Assembly (NCBI GenBank): GCA_040752695.1
Contig: JBFMGO010000025.1
Location: forward strand, 1 to 60,884
Origin: a bacterium
GTDB taxonomy: Bacteria; SZUA-182; DTGQ01
Direction: 5' to 3'
DNA: 60,884 nucleotides
Under the pieces are notes generated by a model, which saw only the letters and a list, made by a program, of their open reading frames with translations, was not told the DNA's origin and did not search any database. The position numbers and the translations under genes are program-made. Positions within the stretch are counted from its first letter, which is position 1; each line of letters starts with the position of its first letter. Shown here piece by piece: positions 29,878 to 39,962 of this stretch.

Positions 29878-31188
29878 TCAGATGCCCGTTTTAAGCCGGT
29901 GTCTCTGATAGGCGATCAGGGAAAAGGCCGCACTGATGAGCAGAAGCACCCGCGCAAGCCACTGTTTTCTTTTTCGGGCTTCCTGATAGTGCTTGCTCAC
30001 TTGCTGATCGAGCGTGCTTATGGATTTATAGACATCCTGGACGATCAGGCTCACGGTTTGGACGTCTTGTGAATGGGTAGCCTTAATGGCCTGGTTGAGG
30101 CTTTCGAGAGCGTCGTCCATTTTCATATTGAGGCTGGAAATATCGATATCCAGGTGTCTTTTAACCTGGTTAATGCTGCTCTGCCCTGTTTCGGTAACTC
30201 TTTTAGCCTGCTCGATAAGTGCTCGTATTTGAATGCCGTTCTGATATTCCGGTGACTCAGGTGTGTGGCAGCTTCCGCAGTGAAAGCCTGTTTCGCCGGT
30301 AAAAAGGTCCTCGCTGGGGCGAGGAATATCGTGGTAGCCGTGACAGTCAATGCAGCGTGGCTTCTGATTTTTTTTCAACAGGAGGCTATGGATACTTTTC
30401 TGGAAATATCGCTTGACATTCAAATGGCAATTGTAGCAGGCATCGGCGACCTGGGTGACCCCTGCCGGCTTTCCGCTGTGAATGCCGTGACATCCCGGGC
30501 AGGAGGGAACGAGCCGGGTATTTTTGCTATCAACTTTTTGGTAGAGCACCTTACCATGATAGCTCTTTTTATATTTAACAATCTGATCCGTAGGAAGGCC
30601 ATAGGGTTTCATGCGATTGATGTCAGAGTGGCATCGGGCGCAGGTGTAAGCGATCCGGGAGTGATTGACCCTCGATCTTGGATCGTCCGGTTTCCTGATA
30701 TCGTGACTGCCGTGACAGTCCACGCAGCAGGCTACGTCCGGATTATTCTTTTTCAGCAACTGCTGGCCATGGACACTGTTTTCGTACTGATTTTCCTCGT
30801 CAACCCGGATATCGTACTTTCGCATGTAGAGAACGTCTGCATGGCAGCGGTTGCAAAGGGCTGGAATCGCCTGCTTGGATGGTATTCCGGTAAAGCCCTC
30901 TTCCCCGATTCTGGGTGTTTTGGGGGAGTTGGGATTACCTCCATGGCATTCCTCACAGCATACCGGAACCAGGGCATGCGCGCTCATGGCCCATTGGTGA
31001 GCATATTGGGCCAATTCTGGCCTTAATCCCAGGTGACAGTTCAGACAGGAGTTTTGAATTGTCAAAGCCAAGGCCGTCTGGCAATGAACCAGAATAAAGG
31101 CGGATAGAATGTGCAGAGCAAAGACATGGGCCAAAAGAGGCATGATATGCCTGGCCGGATTAGCGCTGAGTAAGGGCAAAAGTCTCAT
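29878..31188 (-). CDS. membrane-anchored multiheme cytochrome c (9 CxxCH)
   Basis: CLNCH, CEECH, CNRCH, CVDCH, CARCH, CPGCH, CYNCH, CIDCH, CGSCH. Signal peptide, C-terminal coiled coil and TM helix. ATGA overlap with cytochrome b. Confidence 0.88.
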   Translation of the reverse strand: MRLLPLLSANPARHIMPLLAHVFALHILSAFILVHCQTALALTIQNSCLNCHLGLRPELAQYAHQWAMSAHALVPVCCEECHGGNPNSPKTPRIGEEGFTGIPSKQAIPALCNRCHADVLYMRKYDIRVDEENQYENSVHGQQLLKKNNPDVACCVDCHGSHDIRKPDDPRSRVNHSRIAYTCARCHSDINRMKPYGLPTDQIVKYKKSYHGKVLYQKVDSKNTRLVPSCPGCHGIHSGKPAGVTQVADACYNCHLNVKRYFQKSIHSLLLKKNQKPRCIDCHGYHDIPRPSEDLFTGETGFHCGSCHTPESPEYQNGIQIRALIEQAKRVTETGQSSINQVKRHLDIDISSLNMKMDDALESLNQAIKATHSQDVQTVSLIVQDVYKSISTLDQQVSKHYQEARKRKQWLARVLLLISAAFSLIAYQRHRLKTGI

Positions 31189-32261
31189 GAGTAAGCGCCT
31201 AGCAGGGTAAGAGTCAATAGGATGAGCAATCCAAGGATGCATAGAATAAGTGCCGGAAATTTTCTCTGCTGTTTTTCCCCTGTTGCTGAAGAACTGAAAA
31301 AGGGAAGCACCATTAGTGATATCAAAACTCCGAGGTGGAGCAGAATTCCCAAAACAACGCTTAGGCTTTGTCCATTCGGATGAATTTTACGCAGGAGCAG
31401 AAAGGTTTCATACGATGCCAGGAAATACCATTCAGGCTTGATGTGCAAAAGAGAATTAAAAGGGTCCGCCTTCGGATAGATATACGGCGGGAAGAAGGTG
31501 GAAAGAGAAAACAAGACAGCTATGAGAACCAGGAGAATCTGGACATGGAAAAGGAGATCTGAAGGGATGAGGGACTTATTGGCGGAAACGATATGAAACC
31601 TGCTCAGTGAGATGAAGATGATGGGAGCGATGAGAATGTGCAAAGCAAAAAACCGGGAGAGAGTTATTTGTGAGATCTCATTTCCTCCCCGGATAAGGAT
31701 TTTAATCGGCTCACCAACAAGCGGGATGGCTGCAAAAAGCTGGGTAATGAAAGTGGTTGCCCAATATGAGCCCTGAGTCCATGAAAGCAGGTGGCCGGTG
31801 GCACCGAAAAGACTGAGAAGGACCATCATTACGATACCTATGATCCAGGGAAACCTTTTGACCTGCCGGTGGCCCTGACTGATAAACTTCTGGGCTAAGT
31901 GAAGCACTACGGCTATAACCAGAAGATGGACACCCCAGATATGAACCCCACGGATCAGCCATCCGTAGTGAAGGATATTGGTAATCTGCTGGATCGATCT
32001 ATAGGCTTCAGAGATGGTAGGGCAGTAATACAAAAGCAGCAAAGCGCCGCTTATTCCTTCAATGCAGAATAAGTAGAAGATGATCCAGCCAGGACAGCAA
32101 GACCACTGGACAGGTTTAGGCTCCACGTACTCATAGACCTTGGGCATCAAGCTGAAAGGGCCGCTCCCCTCCAAGATGGCAGGTTCAGATCCTTCCCCCT
32201 GATTTTTCGGCACCTTCATACTGCCAGGAATATTCAGGGTGCAGGTTTTATCTCTATTCAT
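31185..32261 (-). CDS. cytochrome b of the bc/b6 family (fused b + subunit IV-like)
   Basis: GWLIRGVHIWG..VVLH, TGHLLSWTQGSYWA, TLSRFFALH...RFH, IKPEWYFL. Confidence 0.88.
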   Translation of the reverse strand: MNRDKTCTLNIPGSMKVPKNQGEGSEPAILEGSGPFSLMPKVYEYVEPKPVQWSCCPGWIIFYLFCIEGISGALLLLYYCPTISEAYRSIQQITNILHYGWLIRGVHIWGVHLLVIAVVLHLAQKFISQGHRQVKRFPWIIGIVMMVLLSLFGATGHLLSWTQGSYWATTFITQLFAAIPLVGEPIKILIRGGNEISQITLSRFFALHILIAPIIFISLSRFHIVSANKSLIPSDLLFHVQILLVLIAVLFSLSTFFPPYIYPKADPFNSLLHIKPEWYFLASYETFLLLRKIHPNGQSLSVVLGILLHLGVLISLMVLPFFSSSATGEKQQRKFPALILCILGLLILLTLTLLGAYS

Positions 32262-32645
32262 TGTACCATCTGTCTAATAAACTGATGAGGTTTCTGCGTA
32301 ATAACTTCGGAAAACCAAATCCCAGGGTGCACTTGGATGTCTATTTATATCTTAACCACTCGTTACTATATTTATCGCTTGTTTCGGTGGAGATATTCTG
32401 AAATAAAATCGCCTTAAGGAGTTTGCCTTTTTGAAAACGGCAAAACGCATGAAAGTCTGGAAAGATAGCGTTGTACGGGCAGGTAGTAATGCCGGTGGAT
32501 GAGGACCGAAAAGATTATGCCAGATAAAATGTATTTTTATGCCAAATACGATTTATTTATCGTTCATGAGGATTAACGAGCTGTATTGCAGAGCATCAAT
32601 TCCCTTAAGGATACATCCCTGCGGCAGTTCGACAAGGAGATGTGA

Positions 32646-33905
32646 ATGCCAACCACTCCCAGACCCGCGCCGCCTTTTTTTCACCTTATAGCCAAACCGA
32701 CGGGTGCCGTCTGCAACCTCGGCTGCAAGTATTGCTTTTTTCTGTCCAAGAAAGTGCTCTATCCCGGCAGTCGTTTCCGGATGGATAATGAACTGCTAAA
32801 AACCTATATCAAGCAACTGCTGGAAAGCCAAAGCAGGATGCCGGAAGTTAACGTGGCCTGGCAGGGCGGCGAGCCGACCCTGATGGGCCTGGAATTCTTT
32901 AAACTCGCGGTAGATATGGCCGAGCGGTACAAACAGCCAGGGCAAACCATCCTGCACACTATCCAGACCAACGGCACCAGGATCGATGATGCCTGGGCAT
33001 CCTTTTTCAAAAAGCACAACTTTCTGGTCGGTGTCAGCGTTGACGGGCCGCGCGATCTGCACGATACCTACCGGGTGGACAAAAGCGGCGCAGGCAGCTT
33101 TGACCGGGTGATAGCCGGTCTTAAGTATCTGCGCATGCATGGTGTTGATTTCAATATCCTCTGCACCGTCAATGCCGCAAACCAGGATTACCCGCTGGAG
33201 GTCTACCGCTTCTTCCGGGATGAGCAAAAAGTACAATATATTCAGTTCATCCCTATTGTCGAGCGAGTTACCGCCGGTTATGCACCACCGCCGCCCCTCC
33301 CGGCCAGAAGCCGGTGGCCCGGCTGCGGCCATCCCCTCTACGCTCAGGCAGGCAGCCCGGTGATGACCGGGCGTTCAGTGGGCGCAGAGCAGTATGGCCG
33401 CTTTCTGATCACCATCTTTGAAGAGTGGGTGCGACGTGATGTGGGCAAGGTATTTGTTCAGATGTTTGACGTAACCCTGGGGAGTTTTATCGGCCAATAC
33501 AGCCTGTGTGTCTTTTCCCCTACCTGCGGCAACGCCCTGGCCCTTGAGCACAACGGCGACATTTACCCGTGCGACCATTACGTTGAATCCGGATATAAGC
33601 TGGGCACTATCAAAGAGACCCACTTGATTGAACTGGTTGGATCGGACAAACAGCGCAGGTTCGGGCGTGATAAGCTGGACAGACTGCCAGGATACTGCCG
33701 TACCTGCACGGTGCGTTTTGCCTGTAATGGCGGCTGCCCGGTCAATCGCTTTCTCCGGACGCCGGACGGCGATTGGGGATTAAATTATCTTTGCACAGGG
33801 TACAGGCTTTTCTTCAATCACGTAATCCAGCCTATGAACATGATGGCCAGCCTGCTGCGGCAGGGACGCCCTGCTGATGAGGTCATGTCAATCTTGTATC
33901 AATGA
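32646..33905 (+). CDS. anaerobic sulfatase maturase (radical SAM/SPASM)
   Basis: AKPTGAVCNLGCKYCFFL, AWQGGEPTL, QTNG, NGDIYPCDHYV, CRTC..RFACNGGCP. Confidence 0.93.
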   Translation: MPTTPRPAPPFFHLIAKPTGAVCNLGCKYCFFLSKKVLYPGSRFRMDNELLKTYIKQLLESQSRMPEVNVAWQGGEPTLMGLEFFKLAVDMAERYKQPGQTILHTIQTNGTRIDDAWASFFKKHNFLVGVSVDGPRDLHDTYRVDKSGAGSFDRVIAGLKYLRMHGVDFNILCTVNAANQDYPLEVYRFFRDEQKVQYIQFIPIVERVTAGYAPPPPLPARSRWPGCGHPLYAQAGSPVMTGRSVGAEQYGRFLITIFEEWVRRDVGKVFVQMFDVTLGSFIGQYSLCVFSPTCGNALALEHNGDIYPCDHYVESGYKLGTIKETHLIELVGSDKQRRFGRDKLDRLPGYCRTCTVRFACNGGCPVNRFLRTPDGDWGLNYLCTGYRLFFNHVIQPMNMMASLLRQGRPADEVMSILYQ

Positions 33906-33990
33906 GTATTATATCAATAAGCATTGTATTAATGTGCATTATAGCAATGAGCATGGGATCAATGAGCATTATAGCGATGAGCAAAGCGAA
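33901..33990 (+). repeat. 6 x 15-nt degenerate tandem repeat starting at the maturase stop codon
   Basis: aatgagtattatatc aataagcattgtatt aatgtgcattatagc aatgagcatgggatc aatgagcattatagc gatgagcaaagcgaa. Confidence 0.85.
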
Positions 33991-34007
33991 AGAAAGGAGA
34001 TTACTCC

Positions 34008-36374
34008 ATGTCAAAAATCGTTGAATATAAACCCGGTACACCCTTTCCGGGGACCATCGGCAATACGCTGGACGAATCCTCGCCAGCCTGGCCGGAGCCT
34101 GCCCGGGCACAAGAGGGCGCACCCAACATCATCTTTTTCGTGTGGGACGATGTCGGCTACGGCCAGATGTCAGCGTTCGGAGGACTGTGTGAAACGCCTG
34201 TGATGGATGCTCTGGCCAGGCGGGGTTTGCGCTACACCAACTTCCAGACAACTGCGCTGTGTTCGCCCACCCGCGGCTGTGTCCTGACCGGCCGCAACCA
34301 CCACACCCTGGGCCTTTCGGCCATCACCGAATTGTCTATGGGCTTTCCGGCTCACAATGGCTACGTGGGCTTCGAGCATGGATTTCTTTCTGAGATCCTG
34401 CTCGAACACGGCTATAGCTGCTTTGCCGTAGGCAAGTGGCACCTGACCCCGCCGGAGGAAACCACCCCGGCAGGGCCGTTCCGGCGCTGGCCGCTGGGCC
34501 GTGGTTTCGAGCGCTACTACGGCTTTTTGGGAGGCGATACCGATCAGTGGCATCCAGACCTGACTTCCGACAACCATTCCGTCGTACCGCCCTGCAGCCC
34601 TGAGGAGGGGTATCACCTGAACATTGACCTGGCCGACAAAGCCATTGAATTCATTCAGGATGCTCACGTCAATGCACCGGACAGGCCCTTCTTCCTTTAC
34701 TACGCCACCGGCGCCGGGCACGCTCCGCACCATGTAGAGCCGGAATGGATCGCGAAATACAAGGGCAAGTTCGATATGGGCTGGGACAAATACCGCAAGG
34801 TGGTTTTTGAACGCCAGAAACAGATGGGTATCGTGCCGCAGGAGGCCGAGTTGGCCGGCCGTGATCCCGACGTGCCCGCCTGGGACTCCCTCTCTCATGA
34901 GGCAAAGACAATGTACGCCCGCCAGATGGAGGTGTATGCGGCCTTCATCGAGCAGACCGATTATCACTTCGGGCGAATTACCAGCTTTCTTGAGAAAATC
35001 GGCGAGCTTGACAATACGCTGATCGTTATCATTTCAGACAACGGCGCCAGCGCCGAAGGCGGTGTGCATGGTACCTTCAATGAAGTGCTCTTTTTCAACA
35101 ATTCCCCCGAAGAGCTGAAGGACAATCTGGCCCGCATCGACAAGTGGGGCGGCCCGGAAACCTTCCCTCACTATTCTTGGGGCTGGACCTGGGCCGGGGA
35201 TACCCCTTTTCGCCGCTGGAAGCGGGAGACCTATCGCGGCGGAGTCAGCGATCCATGCATCGTCTGCTGGCCAAAGGGGATACAGGCCGGTGGCGAGGTG
35301 CGCACCCAATATGCCCATGCCATAGATCTCGTACCAACAGTGCTTGAGGTACTGGGGATCGAAGCGCCTGAGACGATCCGGGGCGTGCCGCAGTCGATCC
35401 TTCAGGGCGTGAGCTTCGCCCACACCTTCAAGAACGCCAATGCCTCCACGAAGCACCACACCCAGTACTTCGAGATGTTCGGCCACCGCTCTGTCTACCA
35501 TGATGGATGGAGGGCCGTCTGCCCCTTCCCCGGCCCCAGCTTCGCTGAAGCCGCTGAGAAGAACTGGTATTTTGGAATGCCTCTCACCTCCGGTATTCTT
35601 CACCAATTGGACGCCCAAGGATGGGAACTGTATAATGTCATCGAAGATCCGGGCGAAATCCACAACCTGGCCGATATACAGCCCAAGAAGCTGAAGGAAA
35701 TGATCCAGCGCTGGTATACGGAGGCAGGTAAATATAACGTGCTGCCCCTGGCCTCAGCCGACATGCAGAGGCTCAATACGCCGCGGCCGACTATTGCCCT
35801 GCCCCGGCAACGCTTTGTCTTCTATCCGGGAGGCAGCCCGACGCCTTTTGCTGCCGCTCCCAAGGTCTATAACCGGCCACACAGCATCACCGCCAGGGTG
35901 GTCATCCCCCAAGGCGGGGCCGAGGGTGTGCTTCTGGCTCACGGCAATCGTCACGGCGGATACACTTTCTATATCAAAGACGGACATCTGCACCATCTTC
36001 ACAACTACCTGGGAGTTAAACGCTTTCAGGTGAGTTCGCCGGGACCTGTGCCTACGGGTGAAGTGACACTGCGCTATGAGTTCGAGCCGACCGGAGAGCC
36101 TGACTTCAGGAACGGCAGGGGTGCGCCGGGCCGCAGCCAGCTCTACATCAACGATGTGCTGGTAGCCAGTATCGGCCTGCCCTACACCGTGCCCACTACG
36201 TTCGGCATCGCCGGCTTGAGCTGTGGCCGCGACGTTTACGATACGGTCAGTCCGAAGGATTATCGTGCACCATTTGCCTTTACGGGTGAGATCAAGGAAG
36301 TAGTACTCGATTTGTCGGGCCACCTGATCAAGGACGATGAGTCCGAGTTGAAGCGGCTGATGACCCAGCAGTGA
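34008..36374 (+). CDS. arylsulfatase (Cys-type, AtsA/AtsD-like, no signal peptide)
   Basis: PNII..WDDVG, LCSPTRGCVLTGR (CxPxR), VGKWHL, SDNGAS. AAGGAG RBS. Confidence 0.93.
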   Translation: MSKIVEYKPGTPFPGTIGNTLDESSPAWPEPARAQEGAPNIIFFVWDDVGYGQMSAFGGLCETPVMDALARRGLRYTNFQTTALCSPTRGCVLTGRNHHTLGLSAITELSMGFPAHNGYVGFEHGFLSEILLEHGYSCFAVGKWHLTPPEETTPAGPFRRWPLGRGFERYYGFLGGDTDQWHPDLTSDNHSVVPPCSPEEGYHLNIDLADKAIEFIQDAHVNAPDRPFFLYYATGAGHAPHHVEPEWIAKYKGKFDMGWDKYRKVVFERQKQMGIVPQEAELAGRDPDVPAWDSLSHEAKTMYARQMEVYAAFIEQTDYHFGRITSFLEKIGELDNTLIVIISDNGASAEGGVHGTFNEVLFFNNSPEELKDNLARIDKWGGPETFPHYSWGWTWAGDTPFRRWKRETYRGGVSDPCIVCWPKGIQAGGEVRTQYAHAIDLVPTVLEVLGIEAPETIRGVPQSILQGVSFAHTFKNANASTKHHTQYFEMFGHRSVYHDGWRAVCPFPGPSFAEAAEKNWYFGMPLTSGILHQLDAQGWELYNVIEDPGEIHNLADIQPKKLKEMIQRWYTEAGKYNVLPLASADMQRLNTPRPTIALPRQRFVFYPGGSPTPFAAAPKVYNRPHSITARVVIPQGGAEGVLLAHGNRHGGYTFYIKDGHLHHLHNYLGVKRFQVSSPGPVPTGEVTLRYEFEPTGEPDFRNGRGAPGRSQLYINDVLVASIGLPYTVPTTFGIAGLSCGRDVYDTVSPKDYRAPFAFTGEIKEVVLDLSGHLIKDDESELKRLMTQQ

Positions 36375-36378
36375 GCCA

Positions 36379-36457
36379 ATCAAAGGAGTAGTACTCGATT
36401 ATGCCCGGCCACCTGGACGATGAGCCCGGGCTGAAGCGGCTGATGACGCAGCAATAA
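36379..36457 (+). repeat. degenerate copy of the last about 84 nt of the arylsulfatase gene
   Basis: atcaaaggagtagtactcgat...ctgaagcggctgatgacgcagcaataa versus 36291-36374 atcaaggaagtagtactcgat...ttgaagcggctgatgacccagcagtga. Confidence 0.85.
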
Positions 36458-36610
36458 ACCGATCAGTGGGCAAAGATGGAGTCAGGGGGGACAAAGATGG
36501 CGACAGGGGGGCTGAAGTACTATCTGCGGATTTTCGAACCGCTGATAGATCAGTCCCCTTTTTACTCTTTGCCAGGAAAACCGGCTGGCTGATTATCGAG
36601 CACGAGGTAC

Positions 36611-37234
36611 CTAAAGCAGACTGCTCGTCTGATGAGGTTTCCTTTTCAGGGCATAGTAGCTGTCCAGGTACTTCTCGATTGCCATTCGGCTTACTCTGGA
36701 TGAGCCTGGCGTATAGCCTTTGACATTTTTCTGCCAATACTGGTTGAAGGAAAAGACTATTTCTACCATATCCTTCTGGACGGTTTCCACTGCCTCCATC
36801 CGAATCCGGTCAATCTCGCCCCGTGCTTCCTGAAGGATTTTCTGAGCTTCTTCCCTTGCTTCCTTGAGGATGCGATCCTTAATCAGCAGGCTGGCAACAT
36901 GCCCCTGGCTAATCATGGTGGAGGCTTCCTGTTTGATGTCCTTCAGGGCCTTCGCCTTGACCACCTGCTGTTCGTGATCCTGGAGACGTGATTTTGAGGG
37001 TTTTCGGAAAACCGGGGCTGCACGCTGAAGGATTTTCTTGATCATGCTCCTTCCAACTTCCCAAAAGACGATAACCAACAGGATAAAAACAATCGAAGTC
37101 ATGAGATTTTCCGCAGAAGCCAGTGAGCTCAGTGAAGTCATCGGTATCAAGATCCCTCCCGCTTTAGCAGTGCCCGTTGTAACAGTGCAGCATGTGTTTT
37201 CGAAAAATGTGTGTGAAAATGACTGTTTGACCAA
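36611..37234 (-). CDS. orphan ATP synthase F0 subunit b-like protein
   Basis: Single TM (IVFILLVIVFW) followed by coiled coil KDRILKEAREEAQKILQEARGEI. The start could be 37141. Confidence 0.55.
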   Translation of the reverse strand: MVKQSFSHTFFENTCCTVTTGTAKAGGILIPMTSLSSLASAENLMTSIVFILLVIVFWEVGRSMIKKILQRAAPVFRKPSKSRLQDHEQQVVKAKALKDIKQEASTMISQGHVASLLIKDRILKEAREEAQKILQEARGEIDRIRMEAVETVQKDMVEIVFSFNQYWQKNVKGYTPGSSRVSRMAIEKYLDSYYALKRKPHQTSSLL

Positions 37235-37261
37235 TCAGGTTACGCGCTGCATAGTAAGAGA

Positions 37262-37277
37262 GGCAAGTTCAGTGCCA
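37262..37277 (-). promoter_or_regulatory. sigma-54 promoter
   Basis: Minus strand TGGCACTGAACTTGCC, near-perfect TGGCAC-N5-TTGC. Confidence 0.75.
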
Positions 37278-37452
37278 TAAATCGATTTGAACCCAAACTG
37301 CAAGGGGCCAAGGGGCTGGAAACGCTTGTTATTGGCTCTGTTGGGAAGTATCAGAGGCATTTCCCCCTGATGAAGAAAGGAAAGTTATAGTGCGACAAAA
37401 TTAGGAAAAATAATTCATATATGTAAAAAAATTCATATATACATACCAATGA

Positions 37453-37567
37453 GACCACAAAAGGCATAGGGACACTGAAGACACAGAGCTAATCATGCAC
37501 TGCCCTTACTCCATTATGATATTCTCGGAGTGCTGTGTCTTCGGTGTCTTCTGTGTCTTTTGTGGTC
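37453..37567. repeat. inverted repeat built from ACACAGAAG-like 9-mers (REP-like) downstream of glnS
   Basis: gaccacaaaaggcatagggacactgaagacacag ... ctgtgtcttcggtgtcttctgtgtcttttgtggtc. Confidence 0.75.
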
Positions 37568-37618
37568 AGATATTTTAAGCGGTTCGCTTTCAAACAGGTG
37601 TATTTCAAGTGACCGTCT

Positions 37619-39439
37619 TTATTTTTGCCCTTGCGATTTCTCGATCTTGGCCCATGAATCGCGCAGACCAACCGTCCGGTTAAAGACGAGCGATCCCTTC
37701 GAGGAATCGACGGGATCAACACAGAAATAGCCCTGCCTCAGGAACTGGTATCTGCTCCCCGGTGCAGCCTCGGCCAGCCCTGGCTCAACGCGACACGAGG
37801 TCAGGGTTTGCAGTGATGTCGGGTTCAAGAAATCCTTGAAATCGCGACCTTCTTCGGCGGCTGCCTCACTTGGGTTTTCCCTGGTGAACAGATGGTCATA
37901 CAGTCGAACCGTAGCCGGGATCGAGTGACTTGCGGAAACCCAGTGCAGGGTTCCCTTGACGTCGCGGCCATCGGAAGACCATCCGCCCCGCGTTTGCGGG
38001 TCATAGGTGCAGTGCAGCTCGACGATCTGGCCGGTTTGCTCATCCTTTACCACCTTCTGGCACGTGATGTAGTAGGCGTGCTTCAGCCGCACCTCACGGC
38101 CGGGTGCCAGGCGGAAGAATTTTTTCGGGGGATCTTCCCGAAAGTCTTCCCGCTCGATGTAAAGTTCGCGCGAGAAAGGAATTTTGCGCGATCCCATGCC
38201 GGGGTCTTCCGGATTATTCTCGGCATTCAGCTCTTCCACCCGATCTTCGGGGTAATTATCGATAATGACTTTGACCGGGTTCAGGACAGCCATGACCCTT
38301 GGTGCCCGCTTGTTCAGATCCTCCCTGATATAGTATTCGAGCAGGGCTATATCGACCATACTGTCCCTTTTGGCAACGCCGATGCGCTCGCAGAAATTTC
38401 GGATTGCCTCGGGCGTATAGCCGCGCCTTCGCAGCCCGGCCAGAGTAGGCATTCGCGGATCATCCCAGCCGGTGACATACCCTTTTTCCACCAGTTCGAT
38501 GAGTTTTCGCTTGCTCAGCACGGTGTGACTGAGATTGAGACGGGCGAACTCGATTTGCTGCGGATGGCATTTGACCGGCAACTGGTCGAGAAACCAGTCA
38601 TATAAAGGCCGGTTATTTTCAAATTCCAGCGTACAGATGGAATGGGTTATTCCCTCGATGGAATCCGAAATGCAATGGGCAAAGTCATACATCGGATAAA
38701 TGCACCAGGTGGTGCCTGTCCTGTGATGGGGTACCCGCCGGATGCGAAAGATGGTCGGATCGCGCATGTTCACGTTCGGTGAGGCCATGTCGACCTTGGC
38801 CCGAAGTACATGGGAGCCATCCTCGAATTCTCCTTTGCGCATACGCTCGAACAGGTCCAGGTTCTCCTCGACAGAACGCGTGCGATAAGGGCTGTTCTTG
38901 CCGGGCTCGGTCAGGGTGCCACGGGTTTGTCTGATTTCGTCCGGGCTCAGGCTGCACACATAGGCCTTGCCATCCTTGATCAATTGCACGGCATACTGGC
39001 AGAGTTGCTCAAAATAGTCGGAGGCATAAAAGAGCCGGTCTTCCCAGTCGAACCCAAGCCACCGGATGTCCTCCTGGATCGATTCCACATACTCGACATC
39101 CTCCTTGGTAGGATTGGTGTCGTCAAATCGCAGGTTGCATGTACCCTTGTATTCTGCCGCAATACCGAAATTAAGGCAGATAGACTTGGCATGCCCGATA
39201 TGGAGATAACCATTCGGCTCAGGTGGAAAGCGGGTCGCAACCCGGCCATTATTTTTATGTGCTTTTAGATCTTCCGTAATAATAGCCCGGATAAAATCAA
39301 CGGAGGAAGCCGAATCGGCCTTGGATTTATTCGCAGCGCCGTTCACGACTCCCGCTTCGTTCGCGGTTCTCGCTTCGTTCGCAGCTCTCTTCTCATTTTG
39401 CATGGTAGCGTTGCCTTGTTCCGTGTTTGGCATTTTCAT
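37619..39439 (-). CDS. glnS: glutamine--tRNA ligase
   Basis: [63 protein letters not shown]. Confidence 0.96.
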   Translation of the reverse strand: MKMPNTEQGNATMQNEKRAANEARTANEAGVVNGAANKSKADSASSVDFIRAIITEDLKAHKNNGRVATRFPPEPNGYLHIGHAKSICLNFGIAAEYKGTCNLRFDDTNPTKEDVEYVESIQEDIRWLGFDWEDRLFYASDYFEQLCQYAVQLIKDGKAYVCSLSPDEIRQTRGTLTEPGKNSPYRTRSVEENLDLFERMRKGEFEDGSHVLRAKVDMASPNVNMRDPTIFRIRRVPHHRTGTTWCIYPMYDFAHCISDSIEGITHSICTLEFENNRPLYDWFLDQLPVKCHPQQIEFARLNLSHTVLSKRKLIELVEKGYVTGWDDPRMPTLAGLRRRGYTPEAIRNFCERIGVAKRDSMVDIALLEYYIREDLNKRAPRVMAVLNPVKVIIDNYPEDRVEELNAENNPEDPGMGSRKIPFSRELYIEREDFREDPPKKFFRLAPGREVRLKHAYYITCQKVVKDEQTGQIVELHCTYDPQTRGGWSSDGRDVKGTLHWVSASHSIPATVRLYDHLFTRENPSEAAAEEGRDFKDFLNPTSLQTLTSCRVEPGLAEAAPGSRYQFLRQGYFCVDPVDSSKGSLVFNRTVGLRDSWAKIEKSQGQK

Positions 39440-39898
39440 GGAAATCTGTTACCTCGATATTGATGTTAGTGGCAATACATATTGAATATATTGCCCATAG
39501 TATACATGGATCATTACCTGTCAGCAAGATATTTTATCAGCATCATATTTTACCATAGTATCATTATTCATTCAAAGGGTGAGAGATCCAAGATCGAGGA
39601 GACAGCATGTCCCTCCAAGGGGAGAGATCAAGGCGGGATGTTCCTCCTGGCCCCAATTTTATGGGATGGATATGCTCTGACGACTATTTCAATATGAGCA
39701 ATTATGATATATTTGTTTCATTTGAACTTGTATCAAGTCGTGACACCTGATGCAAGTTAAGGAGAACATAAGGAGAACATAATGAGCAAAAAGATGGAAC
39801 CAGTTGCTTTATTTTTGCCCCGCATTTCGCATCCCTGGGCGGTCTTTTATAAATATTTTTTCCAGCAATTAGATCCACGCCCTGCCCGGCACACCAAA

Positions 39899-39932
39899 AA
39901 AGAGCAAGGAGGAATACTCCTCCTTGCTCTTT
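39899..39932 (-). terminator. intrinsic terminator hairpin
   Basis: Perfect 15-bp stem AAAGAGCAAGGAGGA-atac-TCCTCCTTGCTCTTT with a T-run on the minus strand, 30 nt after the hydrolase stop. Confidence 0.7.
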
Positions 39933-39962
39933 ACCAGGCAAGATATTGATTACCGCTCCAGG

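Noticed and set aside
32281..32325. Hammerhead ribozyme or fluoride riboswitch (CTGATGAG followed by a stem)
   Set aside because: The stem is followed by AAAT rather than GAAA, and the other conserved elements are missing.
36291..36457. Diversity-generating retroelement VR/TR pair at the sulfatase 3' end
   Set aside because: Mismatches are not adenine-specific, there are indels, and no reverse transcriptase is in the window.
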